From NCBI GenBank assembly GCA_013812505.1, contig JACCTH010000017.1:19400-83399 (forward strand): a stretch of 64,000 nucleotides of DNA, read 5' to 3'. Below, piece after piece: positions 53,863 to 63,108 of this stretch. The translations under genes were made by a program, and so were the position numbers. Origin of the DNA: Acidimicrobiia bacterium. GTDB taxonomy: Bacteria > Actinomycetota > Acidimicrobiia > Spongiisociales > ZC4RG35. The notes beneath the pieces are model-generated. The model was not told the origin of the DNA, did not search any database, and was given only the letters and a program-made list of their open reading frames with translations. The stretch's first letter is position 1. Each line of letters opens with the position of its first letter.

Positions 53863-54741
53863 GTGTCCGACTACCACCTTCATCTGCATCCACATGGACG
53901 CGACTTCGAATGGCCTCCCCACGGCGAGTACCCCGACGGGCTCATCGAGAGCTACGTCGACGTCGCCGCCGGGCGCGGCGCCTTCGAGCTCGGCTTTACC
54001 GAGCATCTCTATCGAACCGACGAAGGGCTGGCGGTGCTCGGTCGGTTTTGGGAGGACGAACCGAACCCGGAGCTTCGCCGCCACTGCGAGCTGATGGTTG
54101 CCAACGACTCGGGGTTGTCGCTCGCTCGATATGTCGAAGCCATCTCGGCCGCGAAGGAGCGCGGGCTCCCAGTCAAGCTCGGCCTCGAGGTGGACTTCTT
54201 CGCCGATTCGATCGATGCGGTGATGGAGCTGCTGGCGCCGATTCCCTTCGACTTCCTCATCGGCTCCGTCCATTGGATAGGCGGCTGGTCACTCGACAGC
54301 TCGTCGGTGTCTCATGAATTTGAACGTCGCGGCATCGATCAAGCCTGGGAGGAGTACTTCGAGTTGGTCGAGGATCTGGCACGGCGAGGGGTGGTCGATG
54401 TCCTTGCGCACGTGGACGTGTGCAAAAAGCTTGGGTTTAGACCGATTAGTGAGCCGATCCATCTATATCAGAAAGTCGTCGACGCCGCGGCCGCCTCGGG
54501 GATGGCGGTTGAGGTCTCCAGCCAAGGGATCCGGATGCCGGTCGGCGAGGCATATCCCTCACCGCGATTCCTGGCAATGTTCCAACAGGCCTCGGTCCCG
54601 ATCACTTTTGCCTCAGACGCACATCGACCCGCGGACAGCGCATTCGCGTTTGGCGAGTTGCAAGCCCTGGCGCGACAGGCGGGCTACACCTCCTACCTCA
54701 GATATACGGCCCGGCGGCCCGAAACCGTCCTCCTAACCTGA
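53863..54741 (+). CDS. PHP-family histidinol-phosphatase (HisJ type)
   Basis: 292 aa. DYHLHLHPHG N-terminal metal motif. Later GFTEH, GSVHW and SDAH motifs. Confidence 0.8.
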   Translation: MSDYHLHLHPHGRDFEWPPHGEYPDGLIESYVDVAAGRGAFELGFTEHLYRTDEGLAVLGRFWEDEPNPELRRHCELMVANDSGLSLARYVEAISAAKERGLPVKLGLEVDFFADSIDAVMELLAPIPFDFLIGSVHWIGGWSLDSSSVSHEFERRGIDQAWEEYFELVEDLARRGVVDVLAHVDVCKKLGFRPISEPIHLYQKVVDAAAASGMAVEVSSQGIRMPVGEAYPSPRFLAMFQQASVPITFASDAHRPADSAFAFGELQALARQAGYTSYLRYTARRPETVLLT

Positions 54742-54745
54742 TCTC

Positions 54746-55246
54746 GTGACCATTCACCACGAGAACCCCTTCCTGCCGCCTCCCGAGGCGCGTGATCGGG
54801 CTCGGCAGTTACGGGGCCGCCTCGCCGGGCCTGTGACGATCGTTACCGCCGGTGACGACGGCATGACCGCCTCGGCGGTGCAGGTCTTGGAAGGAGCGCC
54901 GCCGCGGCTCTTGGTCGGGGTCAACGAAGCCGCTGACTTCCATGGCGCGGTCAACGTCACCGGCAAATTTGTGGTTCATATCGCGAGGCAGGAGCATCGT
55001 CAGCTTTCCGATCGATTCGCCGAGCTGGCGCCTTCGCCGGGTGGGCTCTTCGCCGGCCTCGAGGTCACCGAAACTGAATGGGGGCCGCTGATCGCCGGCT
55101 TCGGCAACTGGGCGGGCTGTCGGCTCGGAGCGTGCCATTCGATCGGCTGGCAGGTGCTGGTGGTGGGCGAGATCGAACATCTCGAGCTCGGAGCGATCGA
55201 TGATCCGCTGATCTACTTCCGCGGCCGCTACCGCTCGCTTTCTTGA
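54746..55246 (+). CDS. flavin reductase-like (split-barrel FMN-binding) protein
   Basis: 166 aa. GTG start. Typical ..GPVTIVTA.DDG...MTASAV...L.P.LLV pattern. Confidence 0.7.
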   Translation: MTIHHENPFLPPPEARDRARQLRGRLAGPVTIVTAGDDGMTASAVQVLEGAPPRLLVGVNEAADFHGAVNVTGKFVVHIARQEHRQLSDRFAELAPSPGGLFAGLEVTETEWGPLIAGFGNWAGCRLGACHSIGWQVLVVGEIEHLELGAIDDPLIYFRGRYRSLS

Positions 55247-56574
55247 TGAACTCGGTTGCCAACCGGCCAACCTATTGGCTGACCACCCTCGGTTGTGCCA
55301 AGAACCAAGTCGACTCGGAGAAGGTCGAAGCGATGTTGGCCGAGGCGGGTTATGCCGTGGCGAGTACCCCCTCGATGGCAGATGTCGTCATGGTCAACAC
55401 TTGCGCGTTTATCGAGGAGGCGCGACGGGAATCGGTCGAAACGATCCTCGAGCTGCAGGACGAACGCAGGGACGGCGCCCGCACAATTGTCCTCGGGTGC
55501 ATGGCGCAGCGGTTCGGGACCGAGGTGGAGAAGGCTTTGCCGGAGATTGACGCGGTGGTCGGTCTCGACCGCTACGACAGCCTCGTGCCGCTCCTCGACC
55601 GGTTCACCTATGGTCCCGACTGGCAGCCGGTACGCCTGGTGCGGCCGGCCATGGACATCCTCCATTTGGTCAATCGGCCTGCCCCGACCATGCCCTATGC
55701 GTATGTAAAGGTGGCCGAAGGGTGCGACAAACCCTGCACGTTTTGCGCCATCCCGTTGATCCGGGGCAAACAGCGATCGCGCCGGCCGCCCAACATCGTC
55801 GAAGAGGTGGAAGGACTTGTGGCCGCCGGCGTCTCGGAGATCGTGCTCGTAGCCCAGGACCTGGCCGCCTACGGGCGAGACATCGATGCGCCGGGTGACA
55901 TCGTCGATTTGCTGGGTCTGGTCACGGCCGTGGAGGGAGTTGAGCGGGTGCGTCTGCTCTATTTGTACCCAAAGGAGGTCCGCCCTCGGCTCGTGGCGGA
56001 GATGTGTCAGAACCCCAAGATTGCTTCCTATTTCGACCTCAGCCTTCAGCACGCCGCGCAGCCGCTATTGCGGGCGATGAAGAGACCCGGCAACGGCGAG
56101 AGATTCCTGCAGCTGATCGATCAGATCCGAGAAGCCGACGCCGACGCGGCCTTGCGGTCGTCGTTCATCGTTGGTTTCCCGGGGGAGTCGGCCGAACAGG
56201 TCGAGGAACTAGCGGAGTTTCTCGAAGCGGCGAGTATCGATTGGGCGGGCTTCTTTCCCTATTCGGCCGAGGAGGGAACCCCGGCAGCGATGCTCGATGG
56301 GCGAGTCGATCCCGACGAGGTGAGCGAGCGCCTTCGCTACCTAAGTTCCATCCAGGAAAACCTCACCGCAGAGGCGAACCTCGCTTCGGTCGGTTCGCGG
56401 GTCCGGGTATTGATCGATCAGTTGGAGGACGGCAGCGCGGTTGGTCGTTCCTATCGGGAAGCCCCCGAGATCGACGGAGTGATCGTCTTAGATCGGGGGT
56501 CGGTGGGGGAGTGGGTCGACGCGGAGATCACCTCTGCCTATGGGACGGATCGCGAAGCGGTAGTTGTTGGATGA
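55243..56574 (+). CDS. rimO: ribosomal protein S12 methylthiotransferase
   Basis: 443 aa. MTTase N-domain TLGCAKNQVDSE, radical-SAM CDKPCTFC, C-terminal TRAM domain. Confidence 0.88.
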   Translation: MMNSVANRPTYWLTTLGCAKNQVDSEKVEAMLAEAGYAVASTPSMADVVMVNTCAFIEEARRESVETILELQDERRDGARTIVLGCMAQRFGTEVEKALPEIDAVVGLDRYDSLVPLLDRFTYGPDWQPVRLVRPAMDILHLVNRPAPTMPYAYVKVAEGCDKPCTFCAIPLIRGKQRSRRPPNIVEEVEGLVAAGVSEIVLVAQDLAAYGRDIDAPGDIVDLLGLVTAVEGVERVRLLYLYPKEVRPRLVAEMCQNPKIASYFDLSLQHAAQPLLRAMKRPGNGERFLQLIDQIREADADAALRSSFIVGFPGESAEQVEELAEFLEAASIDWAGFFPYSAEEGTPAAMLDGRVDPDEVSERLRYLSSIQENLTAEANLASVGSRVRVLIDQLEDGSAVGRSYREAPEIDGVIVLDRGSVGEWVDAEITSAYGTDREAVVVG

Positions 56575-57797
56575 TCATCGAGATCGTCGCAGTCGGTACC
56601 GAATTGCTGTTGGGCCAGATCACGAACGAGAACGCGGCGAAGATCGGGTCGCGTCTCGCTGAAGCCGGGTTCGATGTGAACCACTCGGTCATGGTTGGTG
56701 ACAATGTCGTCCGCGAGGCGGCAGTCCTGGCGCTAGCGGCATCTCGCTCGGACGGGGTGATCATCACCGGGGGAATCGGGCCTACCCAGGATGATCTCAC
56801 CCGGGAAGCGATGTGTCACGCCTTCAACCTCCCGATGAGGTTCTCGGAGACCTATGCGGCTGACCTTCGCAAGAAGTGGGCCTATTCAGGACGGACGATG
56901 CCGGAGTCGAATCTTCGCCAGGCTGAGTATCCGGAGGGCGCCGAGCTGCTTTTCAATCCGAAAGGCTCGGCGCCGGGCCTCGCCCTGAGAGTCAATGGCT
57001 GCCTGGTCCTGGCCGTGCCGGGAGTGCCCGAGGAGATGGGGTTCTTGTTGGAGAGCGAGGTCGTTCCGAGGTTGCTCGTTCATTCCGGCGAGGCCGGAGT
57101 GGTCAAGAGTCGCTTGCTCCGCACCTGGGGTCGGTCAGAATCGCAAGTGGGCGAAATGCTCGACCACGTATATCGAGCCAGCGCCAACCCTTCCATTGCT
57201 TTTCTTGCCTCCGCGGGCGAGATCAAGGTCCGGATCACGGCCAAGGCAACCGATGCGTCAACTGCGGAGACGATGATCGACCCGGTCGAGGCGGAAATTC
57301 GGGACATCCTCGGGAATTCGGTATTTGGAGTGGAAGACGAAACGATCGAAACCGTCGTTGCTCGCTTGCTCCTCGAACGCGAATGGACCATCGGCACGGC
57401 TGAATCCGCGACCGGGGGATTGGTCGCCGGCCGGCTCACCTCGGTGCCCGGTTCGTCTCGTTTCTTTCGAGGCGCCGTGGTCGCGTACGCCCCGGACCTG
57501 AAGAAGAGCCTGCTCGCCGTAGCGTCCGACGAGTTGGTGAGCGAAGCAACTGCGTTGGAAATGGCGATCGGCGCGCGCGAAACCTTGTCGGTCGACGTCG
57601 GGGTAGCGGTCGTAGGTTCGGCAGGGCCCGAGCCCTTGGAACAGCCGGCTGGGACGATGGTCATTGCAGTCGCTACTCCCAAGTCGGCGCGGGCAATGAC
57701 CCGACGCTTCCCCGGTGATCGTGAGCGGGTCAGGGCCTATTGCACTACCGCCGCTCTCCATCTGGTCAGGCTGGCGATCACCGAAACCTGGTGGTGA
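56571..57797 (+). CDS. cinA: competence/damage-inducible protein CinA (MoCF-binding + NMN-deamidase-like domains)
   Basis: ATG 56571 (ATGA overlap) gives MIIEIVAVGTELLLGQITNEN. C-terminal ESATGGLVAGRLTSVPGSS block. 409 aa. Confidence 0.9.
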   Translation: MIIEIVAVGTELLLGQITNENAAKIGSRLAEAGFDVNHSVMVGDNVVREAAVLALAASRSDGVIITGGIGPTQDDLTREAMCHAFNLPMRFSETYAADLRKKWAYSGRTMPESNLRQAEYPEGAELLFNPKGSAPGLALRVNGCLVLAVPGVPEEMGFLLESEVVPRLLVHSGEAGVVKSRLLRTWGRSESQVGEMLDHVYRASANPSIAFLASAGEIKVRITAKATDASTAETMIDPVEAEIRDILGNSVFGVEDETIETVVARLLLEREWTIGTAESATGGLVAGRLTSVPGSSRFFRGAVVAYAPDLKKSLLAVASDELVSEATALEMAIGARETLSVDVGVAVVGSAGPEPLEQPAGTMVIAVATPKSARAMTRRFPGDRERVRAYCTTAALHLVRLAITETWW

Positions 57798-58318
57798 ATC
57801 GCCTCTTTCTAGGGTTTCCGGTCCCAATGGAGGCTGGGGTTGCGCTGGCGGCAACATTGCCCCGGCTCCCAGGGCGGCCGGTCCCGTCCGACAACTTGCA
57901 TCTGACCATCCGGTTCCTGGGTGACGTGGATGAGGTCACGCGCGATCGCCTTTCCGCCGCCCTGGATGAATCCGAACTTGGTGGCGGCTTCGACATCGTC
58001 CTCGGGGAGATGGGAGCGTTTCCTCGTCCGGCCAAGGCATCGGTGCTTTGGATCGGCCTCGCACAGGGCCGCCGGGAGTTGATTGCACTCAATGGGGTTG
58101 TCGAGGAGGCTTGCGACCTTGCGGGGCTCGAGCCCGAAGAGCGGCCGTACTCACCGCACCTGACGATCAGCCGGATCCGTCCCGAAGTCGACACGCGCCC
58201 GCTTTTGTTGAGCTACCGACCCGAGCCGATCAAATGGAAAGCGAGCGAGTTGATCCTCTACGAGAGCCGGCTGGACCGCGGCACCGTTTACGTTTCCCTC
58301 GAGCAGTTCCCCCTTTAA
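57794..58318 (+). CDS. thpR: RNA 2',3'-cyclic phosphodiesterase (2H family, LigT/ThpR)
   Basis: GTG 57794 (GTGA overlap). Two HxT/S motifs, HLTIRF and HLTISR. 174 aa. Confidence 0.85.
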   Translation: MNRLFLGFPVPMEAGVALAATLPRLPGRPVPSDNLHLTIRFLGDVDEVTRDRLSAALDESELGGGFDIVLGEMGAFPRPAKASVLWIGLAQGRRELIALNGVVEEACDLAGLEPEERPYSPHLTISRIRPEVDTRPLLLSYRPEPIKWKASELILYESRLDRGTVYVSLEQFPL

Positions 58319-58369
58319 GCGAACCCTGGGTTCAGGTAGTTGTACAACAACGACTCCAGCCCACAGAAC
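58319..58369 (+). repeat. 51-bp intergenic element, copy 3 (same end modules, different palindromic middle)
   Basis: GCGAACCCTGGGTTC-AGGTAGTTGTACAACAACGACTCC-AGCCCACAGAAC. Starts immediately after the thpR stop. The middle contains the palindrome GTTGTACAAC. Confidence 0.85.
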
Positions 58370-58384
58370 GGAAAATCCGGGCCG

Positions 58385-59134
58385 TCAACGCGGGCCAAGC
58401 GCATCCAGGATGAAGGCGGTTTTGCCTTCCGTGTAAGCCAGACGGTCGTCCCGGTACGTGGCGGCCAGCACCTTCTTGAGCTCGGCATACACCCAGGCCG
58501 CGTCGGCGTCGCTTCGAAGAAGATCGCGGAAAGCCACGTGATCGCGCTCCCAATCTGATCCGCTCTGACATGTGTGAATGTGGACGGTCCGAGGCTCGCC
58601 CTTGCCCGGCCGAAAGTAACGGTGGCCCGGCTCACGCGAACGAAGCGGAACACCTAGGGATTCAATCTCATCGACATAGGTGCTTTCGTCCTCAACGTTG
58701 CCCATGCAGACCAACACATCGATCACTGGTTTGGCGGCAAGGCCCGGCACCGAGGTCGAGCCAATGTGATGGATCGAGCGAGCGTCGTCGCCCAGGACGA
58801 AGCCGAGGGCTTGTCGCCACTCTTCGAACGCGGCCGGCCAGCCCGGGTCATAGTCGACGAGCTCTATTGGCTCGAAAGCATCAGTCCGGCTGCCTATTAC
58901 CTCGGCATCGGGATATCTGAGCGCCGCCACCTCGAGCCAAAGCTCAATCCGTTCCTCTCGAGTCAACTTATCGATGGGGATCTGACGATGGTGTTCCTCG
59001 AGCTGATACCGGTCGAGCAAGGTCGCCCTTTGGCCAAAACTGGAGAAGAGCATCCGATAGGCCGCAGCCGGATCGGAGATGCGGTCAGGGTCGAGCCCGA
59101 CGGTGACAAGGCGGTCCCTTAGATCGGCATCCAT
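58385..59134 (-). CDS. GrpB-family protein with an ~95-aa N-terminal extension
   Basis: GrpB block IHHIGSTSVPGLAAKPVIDVLV. I place the start at ATG 59134 (MDADLRD..) so that the recA LexA box falls in the intergenic region. The listed ORF extends to 59287. Confidence 0.7.
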   Translation of the reverse strand: MDADLRDRLVTVGLDPDRISDPAAAYRMLFSSFGQRATLLDRYQLEEHHRQIPIDKLTREERIELWLEVAALRYPDAEVIGSRTDAFEPIELVDYDPGWPAAFEEWRQALGFVLGDDARSIHHIGSTSVPGLAAKPVIDVLVCMGNVEDESTYVDEIESLGVPLRSREPGHRYFRPGKGEPRTVHIHTCQSGSDWERDHVAFRDLLRSDADAAWVYAELKKVLAATYRDDRLAYTEGKTAFILDALGPR

Positions 59135-59162
59135 GAGGCTATTTTGGTGCAGATCCACTCGC

Positions 59163-59178
59163 CCGAACAGTTGTTCGT
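59163..59178. promoter_or_regulatory. LexA (SOS) box CCGAAC-AGTT-GTTCGT upstream of recA
   Basis: Perfect GAAC-N4-GTTC core with flanking C/G. About 90 bp upstream of the recA GTG and about 30 bp upstream of the divergent GrpB start. Confidence 0.75.
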
Positions 59179-59207
59179 CTATGATTCCGGGATCACAGGT
59201 ATGTAAT

Positions 59208-59230
59208 TTGTCGGAGAGAGCGCGTACATT
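59208..59230 (+). promoter_or_regulatory. RecA-NDp-like (PafBC-type) DNA-damage promoter: TTGTCGGAG-N8-TACATT
   Basis: Fits the remembered consensus tTGTCRgtg-N8-TAnnnT including the 8-nt spacing. The -10 hexamer ends 38 nt before the recA GTG. GAGAGGAG RBS near 59254-59261. Confidence 0.5.
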
Positions 59231-59268
59231 CACCACAGCAAACGTTTTGAGGCGAGAGGAGCACTCAA

Positions 59269-61386
59269 GTGGAGCGGGACAAGGCACTCGACATGGCAGT
59301 TGGTCAGATTCATCGCCAGTATGGCAAAGGGGCGATCATGAAAATGGGCGACGTCGCCGATCGCAAGATGGAAGTCATCCCCACGGGAGCCTTGGCGCTC
59401 GACCTGGCGTTGGGTGTTGGAGGAGTTCCCCGCGGCCGCGTCGTCGAGCTCTATGGAACTGAGTCGAGCGGCAAGACAACGCTCGCTCTACATGTCATAG
59501 CCGAGGCGCAGCGCAACGGCGGCATCGCCGCGTTCATCGACGCCGAGCACGCTCTCGACCCGGGCTATGCCAAAGCGATCGGCGTCGACATCGACGAGTT
59601 GTTGATCTCCCAACCCGACACCGGGGAGCAAGCTCTCGAAATCGCCGACATGCTGATTCGCTCCGGCGCGCTCGATGTCGTGGTGATCGACTCGGTTGCA
59701 GCATTGGTCCCGAAAGCTGAGATCGACGGCGAGATGGGCGATACCCATATCGGTCTTCAGGCTCGTCTGATGTCACAGGCGCTGCGCAAGCTGGCCGGCA
59801 GCCTCGCCCGCTCCCGCACCACCGCCGTCTTCATCAACCAGCTCCGCGAGAAGATAGGGGTCCTGTTCGGATGTTTCCAGGGTGACAGTCGTATTGCGCT
59901 GGCCGATGGGACCTACGAGAAGATCGGTGCAATCGTCTCTCAAAAGCTCCCAGTTGAGGTTCTCTCATATGACTTCGCGTCTGGCGGGATCGTTCCAAAA
60001 CATGTCGTGGGCTGGTTCGACAATGGCCCTACCGATGAATTCTTGACCATCAAGGTTGCGAAGCCTGTCGGCCGAGGGCGCGCGCGGATGACTGTCACCG
60101 CAAACCACAAACTCATGACTCCGGCAGGGTGGAAGGAAGCCGGTGAACTAAAGGTCGGCGATCGGGTGCTCGAAGCGGTAGCCCACTATTTGTCGAGTCA
60201 GCAAATGGAGCTGATTCGAGGCGCGTTGATGGGAGAGGGTTCCTTGTCGCCTTCGCAGAACGGTCTAGCTGCCCGTTTCAGAATGGGCCATGGATCACGG
60301 CAAGCGGAATATGCCGACTGGAAAGCCTCACTGTTTTCAAACCTGGGTGTATCTCGTTCGACCAATGCGAAGTCAGCGGTCTTCCATGATGTGCAGCCTC
60401 TAAGTGAGCTAATAGGACTCAGATATGCGGTGTATGGGTCGGGTCTCAAGAGGTTCGATGATGAGTATCTCAAAACGCTTACACCTATGTCATTGGCTAT
60501 TTGGTACATGGACGACGGGCACCTCGCTGTTCGCTCCAAGGGTCTCCAAACTCGAACTGCTGGCGGTAGCGGACGGATCGAGATCTGCGTCAAGGCGATG
60601 AGTCCCGATACGCGTCAGCGCCTCGTCAACTATCTCGCAGACAATTGGGGGATACATGCTCGACTTCGTGAGGCCGGTGCGGCCAAGACGCCGACGCTGG
60701 CATTTACGCGCGAAGCGACCGACCGGTTCCAAGCCCTTGTCGCACCCTTCATCCATCCCTCGATGCAATACAAATTGCTACCGCGCTACCGAGGCGTCTT
60801 CAGTGTGAGCCCCAGCACGGTCGAAATGCGCTATGAGCTCGACGCGTATCCAATCGTGGAAGTCAAGACCTCCGTGCCACGTGGCAACAATCATCGTTTC
60901 GATCTCGAGGTCGAAGGAAGCCACAACTATTTCGTCGACGGAGTCATGGTGCATAACTCACCAGAGGTCACGCCAGGCGGGCGCGCCCTCAAGTTCTATT
61001 CGAGTGTCCGATTGGAGGTCCGAAGGATCGAAACCATCAAGGACGGCGCCGAGAGTGTCGGCAACCGGGTACGAGTCAAGGTAACAAAGAACAAGTGCGC
61101 GCCGCCATTTCGTCAGGCAGAGTTCGATATTGTCTTCGGCCACGGGATCTCACGGGAGGGAAGCCTTCTCGACGTCGCGGTCGATCACGGGGTGGTGAAC
61201 AAGAGCGGGGCGTGGTTCACCTTCGACGGTGACCAGCTAGGGCAAGGTCGGGAGAACGCCAAACGATTCCTGCGGGAGAACCCCGAGATCGCGGTTCAGC
61301 TCCAGGCCAAGGTCTACGAACTTGTCGGTATGGGCGAAAAGCCTGTCGAGCAGGAGACCAGCGAGGTCTCGGTCGACGAGCTCTAG
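59269..61386 (+). CDS. recA: recombinase RecA precursor (two exteins, 343 aa joined, plus a 362-aa intein)
   Basis: N-extein: GKGAIM, Walker [28 protein letters not shown], ..[15 protein letters not shown]-extein: [44 protein letters not shown]. Confidence 0.93.
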   Translation: MERDKALDMAVGQIHRQYGKGAIMKMGDVADRKMEVIPTGALALDLALGVGGVPRGRVVELYGTESSGKTTLALHVIAEAQRNGGIAAFIDAEHALDPGYAKAIGVDIDELLISQPDTGEQALEIADMLIRSGALDVVVIDSVAALVPKAEIDGEMGDTHIGLQARLMSQALRKLAGSLARSRTTAVFINQLREKIGVLFGCFQGDSRIALADGTYEKIGAIVSQKLPVEVLSYDFASGGIVPKHVVGWFDNGPTDEFLTIKVAKPVGRGRARMTVTANHKLMTPAGWKEAGELKVGDRVLEAVAHYLSSQQMELIRGALMGEGSLSPSQNGLAARFRMGHGSRQAEYADWKASLFSNLGVSRSTNAKSAVFHDVQPLSELIGLRYAVYGSGLKRFDDEYLKTLTPMSLAIWYMDDGHLAVRSKGLQTRTAGGSGRIEICVKAMSPDTRQRLVNYLADNWGIHARLREAGAAKTPTLAFTREATDRFQALVAPFIHPSMQYKLLPRYRGVFSVSPSTVEMRYELDAYPIVEVKTSVPRGNNHRFDLEVEGSHNYFVDGVMVHNSPEVTPGGRALKFYSSVRLEVRRIETIKDGAESVGNRVRVKVTKNKCAPPFRQAEFDIVFGHGISREGSLLDVAVDHGVVNKSGAWFTFDGDQLGQGRENAKRFLRENPEIAVQLQAKVYELVGMGEKPVEQETSEVSVDEL
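59872..60957 (+). mobile_element. RecA intein with LAGLIDADG-type homing-endonuclease domain
   Basis: Cys1 (TGT 59872). Block [14 protein letters not shown], block B TANHKLMT, dodecapeptide-like [12 protein letters not shown] and [12 protein letters not shown]-terminal [13 protein letters not shown] followed by +1 Ser (TCA 60958). Confidence 0.88.
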
Positions 61387-61569
61387 GGCATTCCCGGGTT
61401 TCGCGTTCTGCCGCAAGCGAGGTCTGGCTAGGATGCGGTCTCTAAGACCAAAAAACCCTTGAAAGACACCGTGAAGCACCTGTCCCGTCCGAATCTGAGG
61501 AGATCTCCCTAAGAGATTTGGCCCTATTCGGTTTCGGGTTCTTGGGTGCTCCACCGGGAAGGCAGCACG

Positions 61570-63099
61570 ATGGAAACAGTGTGGATCGCAGCGATTGCTG
61601 CATTGGCAGTGATCCTGGCAGGTGCGGTCGGATTTCTCCTGGCCAGAAGCCGCAATCGACCGAGTAGAGAAGCCACCGACGACCCGGTCGGCGGCGCCCG
61701 CATTGAGGCCAAGCGCATACTCTCTCGCGCCGACGACGAGGGCCGAGCGAAGGCCGAGGCCTACCGCCAGCGTGAAGACGCCTCCCTCGAGCATCGCCGG
61801 GTCGAGCTCGACGGAATCGAAACCCGGCTCAGCCATCGGGAGGAGACCCTCGAACAGCGAGCTACTAATCTTGCTCAACGAGAACAACTCCTGGTCCAGC
61901 GTGAGGGTGAGGTGAGCTCACGCCATGCCGAGCTCGACAGCCTCAAGGAGAATGCCCGCAACGAGCTCGAGCGGATTGCGGGGATCGACGCAAAAGTGGC
62001 CAAAGACGAGCTCTTGGACCAAGTCGAACACGAAGCCCGACGCGATGCGATGATCCTCGTCCGCGATCTCGAAGCCAAAGCCCGCGAGGAGGCAGACCGT
62101 CGGGCTCGGCGGATTCTCGCTACCGCGATTCAGCGCCTCTCCTCCGAAGTCGTTACCGAGTCGACAATCTCCGTTGTCGCCCTGCCCTCGGACGACATGA
62201 AAGGGAGGATCATCGGTCGCGAGGGTCGGAACATTCGCACCCTGGAAGCCGTCACCGGCGTCAATCTCATCGTCGACGACACTCCCGAGTCGGTATCGGT
62301 TTCCTCTTTCGACCCGATCCGCCGTGAGGTAGCCCGCATCACCCTCGAAAAACTGGTGGCCGACGGGCGGATTCATCCCGCGTCGATCGAAGAGGCATAC
62401 GAGAAGGCTCGCGATGAAGTCGAGCAATCCGTGCGTGACGCCGGCGAGTGGGCGCTCGTCGAAGTCGGGCTCTCAAAGATGCATCAAGAGCTGGTCGTGC
62501 TGCTCGGGCGCCTTCGGTATCGGACCAGCTACGGCCAAAACGTCCTCAACCATCTCGTCGAATCCGCCCACATTGCTTCCATGCTTGCTTCGGAGCTCGG
62601 GATCGAACCGATGCAGGTGAAGCGGTCGGCGCTCTTGCACGACATCGGCAAAGCCGTCACCCATGAGGTTGAAGGCTCCCACGCCCTGATCGGAGCTGAG
62701 ATAGCCCGCCGTTTTGGTGAAGACCCGGCCGTGGTGCACGGTATCGAGGCTCATCACAACGAGGTCGAGCCGCGCAGCCTGCTGGCGGTGTTGGTGCAGG
62801 CGGCCGATGCCGTCTCGGCGGCCCGTCCCGGGGCGAGGCGGGAGGCCCTGGAGTCCTATGTTCGCAGGCTCGAGAAGCTCGAGTCGCTGGCCTCCGACTT
62901 TGGCGGGGTAAAGCAGGTGTTTGCGATGCAGGCTGGGCGAGAAGTGCGGGTGGTGGTGGATCCCGGTCAAGTCGACGACCTCTCGGCCTCGGACCTCGCC
63001 CGCAGAATTGCCCGCAAGCTCGAAGAGGACTTGCAATACCCTGGCCAGATCCAGGTAACGGTGATTCGCGAGTTTCGCGCCACCGAACAAGCCCGCTAG
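61570..63099 (+). CDS. rny: ribonuclease Y
   Basis: ATG 61570 gives METVWIAAIAALAVILAGAVGFLLA (membrane anchor). Coiled-coil region, KH domain (GRIIGREGRNIRTLE), HD domain (LLHDIGKA). Confidence 0.9.
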   Translation: METVWIAAIAALAVILAGAVGFLLARSRNRPSREATDDPVGGARIEAKRILSRADDEGRAKAEAYRQREDASLEHRRVELDGIETRLSHREETLEQRATNLAQREQLLVQREGEVSSRHAELDSLKENARNELERIAGIDAKVAKDELLDQVEHEARRDAMILVRDLEAKAREEADRRARRILATAIQRLSSEVVTESTISVVALPSDDMKGRIIGREGRNIRTLEAVTGVNLIVDDTPESVSVSSFDPIRREVARITLEKLVADGRIHPASIEEAYEKARDEVEQSVRDAGEWALVEVGLSKMHQELVVLLGRLRYRTSYGQNVLNHLVESAHIASMLASELGIEPMQVKRSALLHDIGKAVTHEVEGSHALIGAEIARRFGEDPAVVHGIEAHHNEVEPRSLLAVLVQAADAVSAARPGARREALESYVRRLEKLESLASDFGGVKQVFAMQAGREVRVVVDPGQVDDLSASDLARRIARKLEEDLQYPGQIQVTVIREFRATEQAR

Positions 63100-63108
63100 A
63101 AAGCAGTC

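Noticed and set aside
61387-61569. Search for recX or a small ORF or riboswitch in the recA-rny spacer (contains the palindrome GGAGATCTCC)
   Set aside because: There is no ORF with RecX-like helical repeats and no recognisable riboswitch core. It is most likely the rny promoter and leader.
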